A stretch of DNA of 64,000 bases from Batkoa obscura. Taxonomy: Eukaryota. Both the position numbers and the translations under genes were made by a program. Positions 12,836 through 25,958 of the stretch are shown one piece after another. The stretch lies in assembly GCA_030770535.1 (NCBI GenBank), contig JASVEC010000002.1:1550001-1614000 (forward strand), written 5' to 3'. Numbering within the stretch: position 1 is the first letter of the stretch; the number at the start of each line of letters is the position of its first letter. The notes under the pieces were generated by a model. That model did no database searches and had not been told where the DNA came from. It saw nothing but the letters and a program-made list of their open reading frames with translations.

Positions 12836-13309
12836 TTAATTTGAAGAGATGGAGTTTGATCGTTTAGCTTTTTGGCGTCTATTTTGAAACCAAATCTGGA
12901 TAGTACGGGGTTTTAAGTTAAGAGATTTAGCTAATTGCACTCTTAAGCTTCGATTAGGGAAAGGAGTAATCATATAAGCTCTTTCTAAAGAATCTACTTG
13001 GTTTAAAGATTTTCTAACTCTCATCCCTGGGAATTCTAGAAATAAATTTTCATTCGAATATATTGAATTAGATGATAATTCATTACATACACTAGATCTA
13101 TTACGCTTATGATAGGGCGTTGGCGAGATATGATTGTTTAAAAGAGACCAGTTGATTAGTTCTGACATACTAGGTAATTTTTCCAAAGACTCATCACCAT
13201 AAGTTAAATTTTTCAATTCGGGTAATTTGATATCAGAGTATAAATCGTTGGGATAATCAAAGTAGGAATAGATTTTATGGCTTAGCGAGAATTGATTTAA
13301 GTAGTTCAT
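12836..13309 (-). CDS. Homeodomain transcription factor HD1 (Q50, intronless)
   Basis: RVRKSLNQVDSLERAY..PFPNRSLRVQLAKSLNLKPRTIQIWFQNRRQK; N-terminal KLPSMSEL. First ATG at 13309; TATATAA ~52 bp upstream. Confidence 0.92.
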   Translation of the reverse strand: MNYLNQFSLSHKIYSYFDYPNDLYSDIKLPELKNLTYGDESLEKLPSMSELINWSLLNNHISPTPYHKRNRSSVCNELSSNSIYSNENLFLEFPGMRVRKSLNQVDSLERAYMITPFPNRSLRVQLAKSLNLKPRTIQIWFQNRRQKAKRSNSISSN

Positions 13310-16217
13310 TTTTAATTTTTTATAGTACAATTAAAAATTAATATTTGATTATTTACTCTCTTATATACTTTTTAATCGTAACTTTTGGACAATTAAAATT
13401 AGTAAAATTTTCAAATAAGCTTACAACTTTTTTTAGCTCCTTAACTTAAGCATTCGAGATGAGTTTTTCCCCTATATGGCTATATCTTCTAAATTTCATT
13501 ATCCCCTTTTTCTATTTGAAATAATTATAATGCAGGTTTAGATTCAGGGTTAATACTTAATTAAACCCTATTTTTTATAGAAAAGGTAATGTATTGTTTA
13601 TTGGCTTATAAGCCTATTAAAAGCAAACATTTAACTGTTTGTTGGTTCTCATGGGTGTCAAGTTACCTTAGTTTGTAATTTATATTTACGTTTAGTGATT
13701 GTAAATAGAGTGTACGCTTAGTTATTAAGCCATAGTAACTTTTCTCCTTAAATTTTTTTAAAACAATTTTTTTTGTTAAGTGACCAATTTAATAAGAAGT
13801 CAGAAATTAAAGAATTAATCTTTATAATTTATAATATCATCAATTTATAACAAAGAACTTATTAAAGTTTCATAACTAAGAGTGAAAGTAATGATCTAAT
13901 GAAAAATATATTAATTAACGGGACTATTCTTATATGCTTTTTATGTGATGATATATAGTCGAAAAAAGAAAGGCAAGATAAAATTGATTTTATAACTATT
14001 TTTTACAAAATCTAGTTATAATATTAAGACAGTATAAGTTTCTGTAGTCAATGTGTTTATTCAAATTGTAATAAATACATTGTTTTTTTTAGATATATTA
14101 ATTAATTAATCAAAATTCTTTTCAACTTTAATTCAATAAATTATAGTACTAGAATTATTTAATAAACATACCTCTTAAAACATATAGATAGGTATATTTT
14201 GTTAACATACCAACATTTATTTACTTTATTTGTATCCCAACTTAGAACAATTCTATGTAGTCAAAGTCCTTAAAGTCTAATTTTAATTTGTTTTAACTCC
14301 AGATTAACTGAGCTTATTTTCATGGAACTATACCATATTCAATTTTATTTGTTTCAATTTATTTGACTATTTCTATTGGAGCACCCCATTTCATACCATA
14401 TTAATTGCAATTTATATCTATTTTAATCACTCTAGACTCTTTATTCAATATAAGACGATAACTGAATGGGTCTTTTTTCATTTAGTATAATCAGATATTA
14501 TTGTTGTTATATAAATATAACAAATAAAATTATCAAAACTTATGAAATCATAATCTAAGTTATGGGTTTATTGAGTTTTAAATCGATCTTATTTTTTTGT
14601 TATTTTAAGTATGGTATTTACTTTTTAATTACAGGTTTGTGTAGGTCACACTATGCTAAAGCTATTTTAAAAAGTAGACTTAGTTTTATGCCCTGGGATT
14701 TAACACAAAAATTATTGACTAATAAACGGAGAGTATTTTTTGAGAAACTTTCACAACTTAATTCGGATCAAAAGTTCAAGATAAATTAATATTAGCCCAG
14801 TCTATTTTAATTTATTACAAACGTTTTTTAAACGTTGAGTTTGAATTAAAATGATAATGATTTAACAGTTTTAATAAAAAAAACAGTGTTATCATATATA
14901 TTTATAAATATAATAACCAACAAATTAATTAGAACCTAAAAATGAAATAATTGAATTAAATATGTAGCTTTTATTACAATTATTATATGGGCAATATCTA
15001 TTATATTCAATTTATATTTGGTACAATGGTGTGGATAAATAGTAAAATTTAATCAACATTGGAGGTTAATTTTAACAATCTTTTTTAAAAAGTTGTAATG
15101 TTATAACTCAATTTATGGTTAACTTTTGCATTTTTACTTAAATCACCTGAATTCGCCCCTTAAAACATTAACCTGTTTAAGGATAGTTTTATGTTTTTTT
15201 CCATTATTTATTTTTAACTTATTTACTTTTATTTATTTTAAAATAACATTTTGTTTTGTTTTGTTTTAATAATATTGAAATTGTTGATAAAATGATATTA
15301 ATATTTCTAATTTAGTTTTGCAAATTTTTATATTGCTCTTTTATTTCATTTCATTTTTTATCTTAATATTGAAGTTAGTTTGACTTAAAAAATTTAGAAT
15401 TAATTAAGTTTAAGCCAATCAATTTCTGTTTTTCTATTATTGCCTTTTTTTGTACAATTTCTCCAACCTATCTAACTTATTAATATGTTTTAAATATTTC
15501 TCCATTTTCTTATTTAATGATTATGATATAGCCCCATTTATTATGATAAATTACTTACAAATTATTTCTATTAACGTTTTATTATATATTGCTTGAATTT
15601 GAAGTAAATAGACTTAAAGATTTCATTACAATAAATTTTGAAACATAGAAAGTATATATATATTTAGTTAATAAATGTCATAGTTGTTTAATAAGATATT
15701 TGAAATTAATTACAATGATAACTACCCTGTGCTTTATAAAGGATCGGATAAAAATAAACAAAGTTAACCAAATAATAATTATCTAGTTTAATTAACCCCG
15801 GTTAAAATTTAAGTTTTATAAAGGTTGTAACTTTAACACTGTAACATTTTTTAGAAGTTGTACGATAAATAATATTTAAAAAAGTGACTTTTTGATATTA
15901 TGTTTAAAGTTATAATTTTATATTATTATTAGGCTATTTAATAATATAAAGTTATTAAATAAATAACTTAAAATAAAGTATTAAGATTAAATAATATTAT
16001 CACAATGAATGAATGAATGATTAATTAAAATAATAGGAAAACAATTTTTAATAAGTAAGATTAAGTTCAAATTATAATATATTAATATAAACATTAAAAA
16101 TCCTATAAATTACAGTGATTTAATATAATTTTTTTAAAAAGTAGAAGAAAAAGTGTAGAATACTTCCGACTGAGGGAATATCATAAAACAGTTATAATGA
16201 TTTTTTAAAGGGCTATG

Positions 16218-16718
16218 TTAGCCTCGTAATTTTTGACGCTTGTTTTGAAACCAAATTTGGATATTTCTTTGGTCAAGGTTTAATAAATTAGCCAGACAAA
16301 CCCTTAATTTACGATCCGGGAATTGGTTAGCTGAAAACACTTGAGCAAGTACATGGGTTTGATAGTCCGATTTACGAAGTCTAGGTTTATACGGTTTTCC
16401 TATCTTATTTGCTACTGGGTTACTGTAATCGTTATAATATTTCATACTGCTACTTTGATTGCTTAGGTAATTACTTTCAAGCTCAGAACTGCTTGATTTA
16501 GATTTGGTAGAAGTATCAATATGAGATGTATCACTTATTGGTTTTAGTTCTGATTCTTTAAATAACTCAGAGATACTTGGTAACTTAATAGAGCCTTTAC
16601 AACGACCATTAGAATTTGAGTAGGGATTAATATATGAAATTTCATTTACAGAAGAATGAAAATTATAATGATAACAATGTATTCCTTCTGCCATGTTCAT
16701 AATATTACCCTCAAGCAT
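16218..16718 (-). CDS. Homeodomain transcription factor HD2 (Q50, intronless)
   Basis: PRLRKSDYQTHVLAQVFSANQFPDRKLRVCLANLLNLDQRNIQIWFQNKRQK; N-terminal KLPSISEL. Confidence 0.92.
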   Translation of the reverse strand: MLEGNIMNMAEGIHCYHYNFHSSVNEISYINPYSNSNGRCKGSIKLPSISELFKESELKPISDTSHIDTSTKSKSSSSELESNYLSNQSSSMKYYNDYSNPVANKIGKPYKPRLRKSDYQTHVLAQVFSANQFPDRKLRVCLANLLNLDQRNIQIWFQNKRQKLRG

Positions 16719-17986
16719 TGGATTTTTGATCTTTTAATATTTAAAAAGTTAGATCTAATATAAGTTAGTGAGCATCTTTTTATAGGGTTGCTATATAGAA
16801 AATTGTGACTTCTACCTAATGATGCTTTACGCTATTTATTAGCATTTATATTTACATATTAAGAATAAACAGAAAATTTCAAACTCATGGTTCACCCCTT
16901 AATCACATATCCTATTGAGTTTCATAAAAGTAAAAATATTTCAAATTTTACTACTTGAAATTATATCATTGGATTAGGTGAGTGTAACATCATAAATTTA
17001 TAATTCATTAAAATATTATTCCGGTTTATTTTTGCCCTTAAAAGTTGTAAAAATAAAACATTTTTACTTAACTTTTGTAATATATTGAGATGGTACTTTT
17101 TTACTAAGGGTTATTGACCCACTCTTAAATCAAACTATCGAACTTATTTTTTATACTCCCTTATTGTTTTTAAAAATAGCAATAGTATAAACTTGAGTAA
17201 TATAAAACAAGGCAAAAAATTTCAACATGAAATTATTTCTAGATTGACTTTAATAAAAAAAAATAATTTATTAATGTTTTAAAGTATCGATTCATTACTT
17301 TTTCTTATGTATAATTTTATGTTTTATTCGCTATTACATCTTTTAGCTTTGTTATATTTGATTATTGAACCCCACTTCCATACATTGGAAATAAATCAAT
17401 ATTATATTACATTATAATATAATACATCATTTATTAACTTAGTTTAGTAATACTTTAGCCCGTAAAATTCATGGCTTTATTAAAAATAGTTAGATCATTT
17501 AATTTAACAATGCTATAATATTTTACTATTTTATTATCCTTTCTATTATTATAGATAATAGATCGTAAAGCTTATTTAGTACTAATTGAAGATAATTAAA
17601 GGATACCTCACCTCAATTTAGTTCAAAGTCGATAATAGATTAGTAGCACTTATGTTGATCTAGTCATAAAGTTATTGATATCAATTTTAATTTTAAAACT
17701 AAAAATAGTGGAGTTAATGATTTTTTATCCGTATATTTATTTTAATACAAAAAAAGCTCTTGAACAATTGCTTAGACCCGAAAACTCTTTATAGACTGAG
17801 TGATTTAAGTTATAGTATATCTTTTTGAAGAATATATTATCCACCAAGATTGAACATTTGCAAAGCAAAAATTCAACAAGATGATTAAATTTGCAGTATT
17901 TTGTCAAGTCTTTATTGAGTTTTTTGTTTGAAATTGTTAACTGTTAGAGTTTTGTACATTTTTTAAGATGGTGTAAAACATTATAT

Positions 17987-18096
17987 GAGGATGTATTTTT
18001 GTGTTTAAGAATTTTACTAACAATTTTTCCGCTTAAATAGTGCTTAAAAATGGAAATTAAAAATGGAAAAAATGATGAAGTCAAAAAAACACTCCC
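17987..18096 (+). mobile_element. MITE family A copy with small internal duplication
   Basis: Consensus match; taaaaatggaaa duplicated; TSD ATAT. Confidence 0.85.
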
Positions 18097-18400
18097 ATAT
18101 TTATAAATTTTTAAAGGGGGAATATACTTTATAGGATATAGCCGCTAAAAGCCAACACGTAATGTTTTGAAAGCATAAAGGAGAAAGGCTATTTAGTCCC
18201 ATTATAAGCCTAATTTGCTTAAATTAGAGACTGTAACTGACTTGTAATATTTTTCAATTACACACTTTTAATATTCTAGTATAAAGTATTAAAAATAACG
18301 ACTTTATAAACTACAATATAATTTTTTTATTATATACAAAAGTTTAGTTTCAAATCATAACTTTCAAAAAAGAAACTATTTATAAAAAATAACATAATAT

Positions 18401-18500
18401 GGGGGGAATGTTTTTTTTGATTTCATTACTTTTCTATTTTTTAAGCGCTATTTGAGTGGAAAAATTGTTAGTAAAATTTTTAAACATAAAAATATAATTC
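18401..18500 (-). mobile_element. MITE family A copy
   Basis: Reverse complement of the consensus; right end degraded. Confidence 0.8.
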
Positions 18501-18853
18501 ATTATAAAACTAAGTTTCAAATTTTATTTACATTTTAAACTTTTTATCATAAGTTTTTTTATAGTTATATTAAAGAATATTTTAATATGAATATTTGTGT
18601 TTTTTATTTATATTGATTATCATTATTATTATTTTATATTTTTTTAAGTAATTTTTTTTGTACTTTATTTTTGCAATAACTTATTCCAAACTTTTTTTGA
18701 ATTTCCAGCCCTCTATAACTGACATAAAGCAATTAAACTTAAATATCATATTTTTAATCAACTACTTAAATAAAACCATTAAATAACTATGGTTTTGTTA
18801 ATTATGCAAAAACTGAAAATTAATTTGAATTAAAAAGTAAAAAACAATTATAT

Positions 18854-18950
18854 GAGGCTGTATTTTTTGTTTAAGAGTTTACTAACAATCTTTCCACTTA
18901 AATAACGCTTGAAAAATGGAAAAAGCAATGAAATCAAAAAAAACTTCCCC
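18854..18950 (+). mobile_element. MITE family A copy
   Basis: Consensus match; TSD ATAT. Confidence 0.85.
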
Positions 18951-19410
18951 ATATAAAGTTTTAATTCTCTAAATCAGAATATATGCTTAAAAATACACAT
19001 ATAAACTTAATTTTTAAATTAATGATATTATTATTATTATTAAATAAAGGTGTTTTTTTAGTTTCATCATTTTTCTCTGTTTTCTAGTAAATTAAATTAT
19101 AATTAACTTAAAAATAACAGTTTTTTTTGTTAAAATATAAAATGAAAATATTTAAGAAATCATTATTTTAACTTAAAGATTAAATATAATTGCTTAAAAC
19201 TATGAAATTTAATGCTTAGTAAAAAACAGTAAAACTTAATTATTTATTAGAAGTCAAAATTTTTTAGCCTCAATAACTAAAACAAACTTGTAATACAATG
19301 TTTTACGAAACTTAATTTTTATATAAAATACTTTAACAATTTTTTCAAACTTTAGTTAATTAATTCTAATAATAAGCAGTTTATATAAAAACAGCAGAAA
19401 ATGCTAATAA

Positions 19411-19509
19411 ATGGTGTTTTTTTGGCTTCATTACTTTTTCCATTTTTCAAGCACTATTTGAATGAAAAGATTATCAATAAAACCCTCAAACAAAGAAATA
19501 CATCTCTAG
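19411..19509 (-). mobile_element. MITE family A copy, diverged
   Basis: Reverse complement of the consensus with degraded ends. Confidence 0.7.
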
Positions 19510-19687
19510 ATATTAAATTAATAAGTTCAAAATTATAAAATTTATAAAAGTTAAGTAAAATAATTATAGTATTAAAACAAAGCTAATACTTGTATGCTTT
19601 AAGCTATATAGTTAATAAATTTTAATTTATGAAAATAATATATGACTGTTATCTAAGTTATAAAAAATATATTAAAATATAATAAAT

Positions 19688-19786
19688 GGGGATATATTTT
19701 TATGTCTAGGAATTTTACTAGCAATTTTTCCACTCAAATAGTGCTTAAAAAAATGTAAAAAGTAATGAAGTAAAAAAAATACCCTC
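19688..19786 (+). mobile_element. MITE family A copy
   Basis: Consensus match; non-palindromic TSD AAAT/AAAT. Confidence 0.85.
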
Positions 19787-19907
19787 AAATATTTAAATAA
19801 CTAAAATATAACTTATTAAACTAAGTTCATATTTTTGTTATTCTCCCAGACTATTTAAAATGATCAAAAGTTTAAATTAATTTGTATAAAAAGTATTGTC
19901 TTATTTA

Positions 19908-20371
19908 TGTGAAATCTGGTACTCAGTGATTGGAGTCAAAAGTAGTTTTTGCTTGGTTGACTATGCTATAGGTCGAAAGGTCTTAGTTTATGTGACTAAG
20001 ATAAACTTGAATTATCTAGAATAACATGTAATAAGCTACAGACTATGTAAGACAAATAGAATAGACAATACTAATCTAAGATCTATGTAAAGTACTATCA
20101 GAAAGGTTTAATAGCTTCATTAAAAGTACAAAACATCAAGGAATAATTCAATTTAAAAACCTCAAGCTACTATGTTCTAGAATCTCTTTTATACTTCGAC
20201 AAGTATAGATATAAAAATAAGAAGGCAATATTCTTTGAGAGGAAGATAGAAATTCTCATAGTAAATCAAAATAAGAGTATGAGATTGATTGTCTCTGAAC
20301 TCGAGAATACAACAGCTTAGGTGGCTATTATGCTATAATTAACCACGGAGCTGACAAAGCGATATCTTACA
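19908..20371 (+). mobile_element. Family B solo-LTR-like copy
   Basis: TGTGAAATCTGGTACTC...GCGATATCTTACA; colinear with the 10761 copy; no clean TSD. Confidence 0.8.
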
Positions 20372-21040
20372 TTATTATAACTATTTGCCCTTTATTATTT
20401 ATCAATTCAGCCACTAATAGTTTAAATAACATTAACATTTAATGATTGATTTCTATCATTTAAAAAACTACCTACTTGCTTTATAAATATTGAAACTTTT
20501 AATTTTTTATTATTTTTATAATATAAGCTGGAATTAACTTTTAAATTTTTTATTTTCTATAGACTTTATAACTTTAATTAGAACTATATTATTTTTTTGA
20601 TCTATTATATACTAGATAACAGTATGGGGATGTTTTTTTGACTTTATCACTTTTTCTATTTTTTAAGCACTATTTGAGCAGAAAAGTTGTTAGTAAAATT
20701 CTTAAACACAAAAATACATCCCTATATAGTTTATTATTGTTTGATAAAATATAAACACTTTTCAGTAGTTTTTATTTTTTTATATCTTTATTTTTTTATA
20801 CTTTTTAAAAATTACACCTGTTTTTTTACTATTAATAGTTAAATTATTGATTTTGTTATATTTACAAATAAAAATATTAAATTTTGAAATTAATTAACTA
20901 ATATTTTTTATTTTACTTAATGCTTTAAAGCTGTTTTTATTATAAAAGATTTCCAAAATATTCATTAATTATATTTTTTTATAATTCTTAGCAAAAAAAA
21001 TTAGAATTTAAACTACTATTTATTTTAACTTTTTTTAAAT
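20372..21040. repeat. Decayed dispersed repeat (family C), copy 1, interrupted by a MITE
   Basis: Alignable by eye with 59161-59630 (e.g. taacattaacattt..attgatttctatcattta; tagactttataacttta; tttacaaataaaaat). Confidence 0.7.
20626..20723 (-). mobile_element. MITE family A copy nested in the family C repeat
   Basis: Reverse complement of the consensus; flanks gtat/atat. Confidence 0.85.
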
Positions 21041-21043
21041 CTA

Positions 21044-21509
21044 TGTGAAATATCGCTTAACCAGTTTCATGATTGATCATAGCATAACAATCACTTAAGT
21101 TGTTATGTTCTCGAGTTCAGAGCCAATTGATTTCATGCTTTTGTTTTGGTTTGGTATGAGGGTTTCTGCCATGTGATTCCGAAGGACATTATCTCTCTGT
21201 TTTGATATTTGTACTTGTCGGAGTATAAAAGAGATTCTAGAACATAGTAGCTTGAGGTTTTTAAATTGAATTACTCCTTGATGTTTTGTACTTTTAATGA
21301 AGCTATTAAACCTTTCTGACAGTACTTTACATAGATCTTAGATTAGTATTGTCTATTCTATTTGTCTTACATAGTCTGTAGCTTATTACATGTTATTCTA
21401 GATAATTCAAGTTTATCTTAGTCACATAAACTAAGACCTTTCGACCTATAGCATAGTCAACCAAGCAAAAACTACTTTTGACTCCAATCACTGAGTACCA
21501 GATTTCACA
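21044..21509 (-). mobile_element. Family B solo-LTR-like copy (inverted relative to the 19908 copy)
   Basis: Reverse complement of family B, with both termini present; no clean TSD. Confidence 0.8.
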
Positions 21510-21589
21510 CCCATATATATACTATTTAATAAGTATTTATTATTATTTTTTATCAAACCTTAGTAAAACAATTAAATTATTTAATATAC

Positions 21590-21686
21590 AGGAGTGTTTT
21601 TTTTGGCTTCATTACTTCTTACATCTTTTAGGTACTATTTGAGCGGAAAAAATGTTAGTAGAATTCCTAGACACAAATACACCCCC
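21590..21686 (-). mobile_element. MITE family A copy
   Basis: Reverse complement of the consensus. Confidence 0.8.
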
Positions 21687-23293
21687 ATATATTATATGAT
21701 AGTTTTAATTTACTTATTCTTACTTTTTTTATATTTTAATAATAGGCTGTAATATTAATACACTATTACTATTAATTATCTTTGAATAAACATCGATTTC
21801 TATTTATATTCAATTCAAAAATTTTATCTTCATCAAACATTCAATAGAAATGATGTAAAATGTATAACTAAAAAATTATTTAAAGGAAATAAAGAAATCT
21901 AAAATTTAGATTAATTTTTAGTTAAATTCTGAAATTAATCTAAACATCGCTATATATTTATTGAATATAGTTTTATAGTAATACCATATAAGCTACTAAT
22001 TTAAGCACAAATAAAATTTATAAAGCTTAATTATATTTAATTCAATTTTTAAATTTAGTAAAAAAAAAGTATTAATACAGTTATTATAACTTTTTTAATA
22101 GGAATTTTTATAACTGAATTATTATTTATATAATTAATTTTTAATACTTAGTCTTTATGCAATGCTTTTAATTATTAATGATTGAAAAATGGTTATTCAA
22201 AGTTAAATGCTTAATTTCAAAGCAAATTTAAAGATATTGCATTTTAGTTAATTTTATTCAATTTTATTCAAATAAATATTTGAAGTAAGCTACAAAAAAT
22301 CTGGAGCAGCTAAAATAATCTTAGTCTTGTAAAATGGTAATTAAATTAGCTGTAATTTAAAAAAGCTAAATAATTTTAAAATTAATATGTCTTGTATTAT
22401 AGTTTTATAAACAAAGTGTAATATAAGACTTAAAATTAATAAAAATCAATATAAGATAGCTCATAATTATTATTTTTAAGTTTTATATCAATTGTATTAT
22501 AAGATCATAGTATATTAAAAACACATGTGCTAATTTTAAAATCATATTATTTTTTTGAACTATATGAAAGCTAATTTTGTGTCACTACTGTATTATAATA
22601 GATTTATATAAAAGAGTATTTAAAATTTCGATCCATGATTAAAGAAGTTAGATTGTTGAGATGTTATATTAGTTTGTTTATAATTTAAGCTATATTAAAG
22701 GTATTATTATAACAAGCAAATATATCAACCTTTATAATGCAGTAGGATAAGGACATTGTTATTTCGTAAAACAGGTTGTATTATATAATATTAACATATA
22801 TATAATAGTTACTTAGTGTTATATTTTTATTATACTACTAAGATTAAAATTGATAAAATTTAATTACCCCCACTCTTAACTCACAACAACTACAAAGTTA
22901 AATCAAACTTAACTAATCCCAAAAAAACATTATAAAAAAGCCACCTTTTTTGGACCATATTAAAGCCAACTGCCCAAAAACCAGCCAGTTTAAAAAGAAA
23001 ATTATGCTTTACTAAATATATTAAAAAGCACCCAAAGTAAAAAATAACTAAAATTTAAAACATATTAATGGAGAAAAAGAAGCAATTAAAAAGATTTCGT
23101 TACAAATTTAAAATTAGATCGCATTCTTCAAACGATTGAAACTAAGCTTTTGAGATTTGGGGAAACTCACGTGGGGTTTGCAAATGGTGTATTGTATTAA
23201 TAGATAGTCGAGTATAAATAAAAAAACAAAGAGGTATATAAATATATTAAAACTTAATATAAAAACAAAGTTCAATTAATACAATCAAAAGCC

Positions 23294-24019
23294 ATGAATT
23301 TATTCCGCTACTTTTTACTAATAGCTCCGATCGTAAGTCTTCCAAATTTAACAAAAAGGCAAAATATGGCGTGTAGTGGTTGGACAGAAGAATTTGCTAA
23401 TGGTATGGGGATGTTTAGCGCAGAAGGACAAACTATGGTCCAGGATGGTAAACTATTTTTAAAGATAAGCCCGGGAAATACGCAGAATCAAACGTCTGGA
23501 ATAACAATAGGATATGGTGCGAAAGTGATGAGTAATACCAAGATATTATATGGTAGTTTAAATGCGAGGATAAAGTCAGCAAGAGTAGGAGGGGTAGTTA
23601 GTGCTTTTGTATTGATGTCAAATGAGAAAGATGAAGTAGATTGGGAATGGGTAGGTAAAGATGAACATAGTTCTCAAACAAACTACTATTATCGTGGGGA
23701 ATTAGATTACACAAAAGGAGTTTATATTCCTAATTCATATAATACTTATCAAGAGTTTCATGATTATGGAATCAACTGGACTCAAGACGAACTAAGCTGG
23801 CTAATTGATGGAAAGGTTGTCCGTACGGTAAAGAAGAGTGAAACAGGAGAAAAGTTTCCTAATACTCCTACAAATATCTATTTCTCAATTTGGGATGGAG
23901 GTGCAAGCGCAGCAGGGACAAGAGATTGGGCAGGTGGTCAAATTAATTGGCAAGATAGTGAAATAGTTAAGAATGGATATATAGCTATGGAAGTAGAATC
24001 AATTACATACTCATGTTAA
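23294..24019 (+). CDS. Secreted glycoside hydrolase family 16 protein (Crh/Utr2-like transglycosylase or glucanase)
   Basis: Signal peptide, catalytic DEVDWE (ExDxE) motif, GVVSAF, FHDYGINWT and WAGG motifs typical of fungal Crh-type GH16. Confidence 0.93.
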   Translation: MNLFRYFLLIAPIVSLPNLTKRQNMACSGWTEEFANGMGMFSAEGQTMVQDGKLFLKISPGNTQNQTSGITIGYGAKVMSNTKILYGSLNARIKSARVGGVVSAFVLMSNEKDEVDWEWVGKDEHSSQTNYYYRGELDYTKGVYIPNSYNTYQEFHDYGINWTQDELSWLIDGKVVRTVKKSETGEKFPNTPTNIYFSIWDGGASAAGTRDWAGGQINWQDSEIVKNGYIAMEVESITYSC

Positions 24020-24078
24020 ATAATAACTTTATAATAACAAGCTTTATTTTTTAAAATAATAAAAAGGATTAAATTAAT

Positions 24079-24522
24079 TTATTTTTTACCAAATCTCTTC
24101 TTTTGGCGTTGATTTTGAAACCAGATCTGTACTGATCTTGGTGGTAAACCTAATATTTTAGCAAGATAATGGCGCATTTGTCGGGTAGGAAATTCAGTAA
24201 TTTTATATACTGAGTTTAATATTAAGGTTTGGCTTGGTAAGATACGTGATCTAGGTTGATGATAGTTGACCATTGGGTACCCTATTGTGCGTACTATGGC
24301 TTCGACTCTTCTTATTACTGGGGATAATCTTTCTCTTTCTGCTCTCTCATCCCTTTCTTCGTTTTCTTCATAGTCGTACACTTGTTGATGTAGTAGCTCA
24401 GTGATGCTTGGTAGACGAACATGTTGGTCTGTATATTTTGGATGAAGCTTCTCTGATTCTTCAATAAGATTAAAATTAATCAAGCTAATCGACAATTTAT
24501 GTTTTAATAATTTGGATAACAT
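24079..24522 (-). CDS. Homeodomain transcription factor HD3 (Q50, intronless)
   Basis: PRSRILPSQTLILNSVYKITEFPTRQMRHYLAKILGLPPRSVQIWFQNQRQK; N-terminal RLPSITEL; TATATAAA ~40 bp upstream. Confidence 0.92.
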   Translation of the reverse strand: MLSKLLKHKLSISLINFNLIEESEKLHPKYTDQHVRLPSITELLHQQVYDYEENEERDERAERERLSPVIRRVEAIVRTIGYPMVNYHQPRSRILPSQTLILNSVYKITEFPTRQMRHYLAKILGLPPRSVQIWFQNQRQKKRFGKK

Positions 24523-25958
24523 ATTTTAAAGTTAAAAATAATTTAAAGATTGAAATTGAAGTTTATATATGCCGTATTTATTTGAGGGTCATAAACTATT
24601 ATCAAATAATTATTGCTTAATATTTTATTATTTTTTATTCAATCACCTCTTTTTGTTTTATATCCCTGTTTTACATGATTCATACAGCCAATAATTTGAA
24701 GTAATTTTCCACTTTTTTTGTATTTTCTATTAAATTTCTTAAATTGGCTTGTCCAGCTTGGTTTTAAAATGGTTTCAAATCTAGAAGTCTACTTAATTTA
24801 GCTATGCCTTTCCATGTTATGGAGTTACCCTTTTTTGAACACATTATTTTTTGTAAAAAATACAAATAATATATTTCTATTAATAATACAAACTAATAAA
24901 CAAGCATAGAGAAGAGATTGTCAATGGTGCTTTGAGTGGATAAACCAGGCTTACAATGTTTTAATTTTTATTCCTTACTTCTAAGAATACGTACCATAGC
25001 TTAGGATCATTTATTTTAAAGCAGGATTCTAAATTAACATCCCATTAAGTAATTTATAGGATTAAATGAAATCAAACTACAAGTTATTTATCCGATAATT
25101 ATATCGGGGTATAAAAATAGAATGCTATAAAAAACATAGGTCTTATTTAAAGGAATTATATTGATCGAATTTAAATGCAATAGGTAAATTTAACTAAAAT
25201 TGGTTAATACTAACCGGTTGCTGTTGTTTGTTGAAATAGAAACTTAAATCATTATGTTTTGTAGTTATAACTATTATTAACACAAGATTTAGTTTAAGGC
25301 TAATCTCCTTTAAGTAATAGAAAATGAAACAGTTGATTATACATAGTTAACGTGTTTATAAATACTTCTCATTTCTTAAAAGATATACATTTACCTCAAT
25401 TCCATCAATTAGTTGTTTTTATTGTCTACATAAACCTAATAAAATTTAATGTAAATAGTAATTTAAATATTCTGAATCTTGTAATTTAAAACAAAGGTGT
25501 CTCGGGTTTAAGATGCTTTTGTGGTATTCAATATTAAATACATTATCGCTTCTATTAAATCTAGGATCGTAAGATTAATTACTTTTCAAGATTAATCAAT
25601 TAATAATTCACGTCAAAAAAATAAATTTTATTACATAAACTTCTAATTAGAATACAATGTTATAACAAAAATACTAAATATATATGAAATATTGTAATGA
25701 TCCAGTTAAAAATAGTTTCTAAAAAGCAGTATCATATACTAATTTTAGTTTTAATTTTAATATATTTAAATTATATTAGAGCTCCAATTAATGAAGATCG
25801 AAATTTAATATAAATTGAGCTCAAAGTTCAGGTTCAATAAATAACAAAAGGATCTCAGATTATTCAAAAGTATGTAAAACTAAAATAGAACATCTCAAAT
25901 TAATCTGTTTATTCTTAGTATATTTATTTGGTTTAATATTTCATTCAACTTAATATTT

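Noticed and set aside
19908..21509. Intact LTR retrotransposon, or an inversion with swapped TSDs
   Set aside because: The LTR-like copies are inverted rather than direct, there is no gag-pol between them, and the flanking 5-mers (attta, ttatt, atcta, cccat) do not fit a reciprocal swap.
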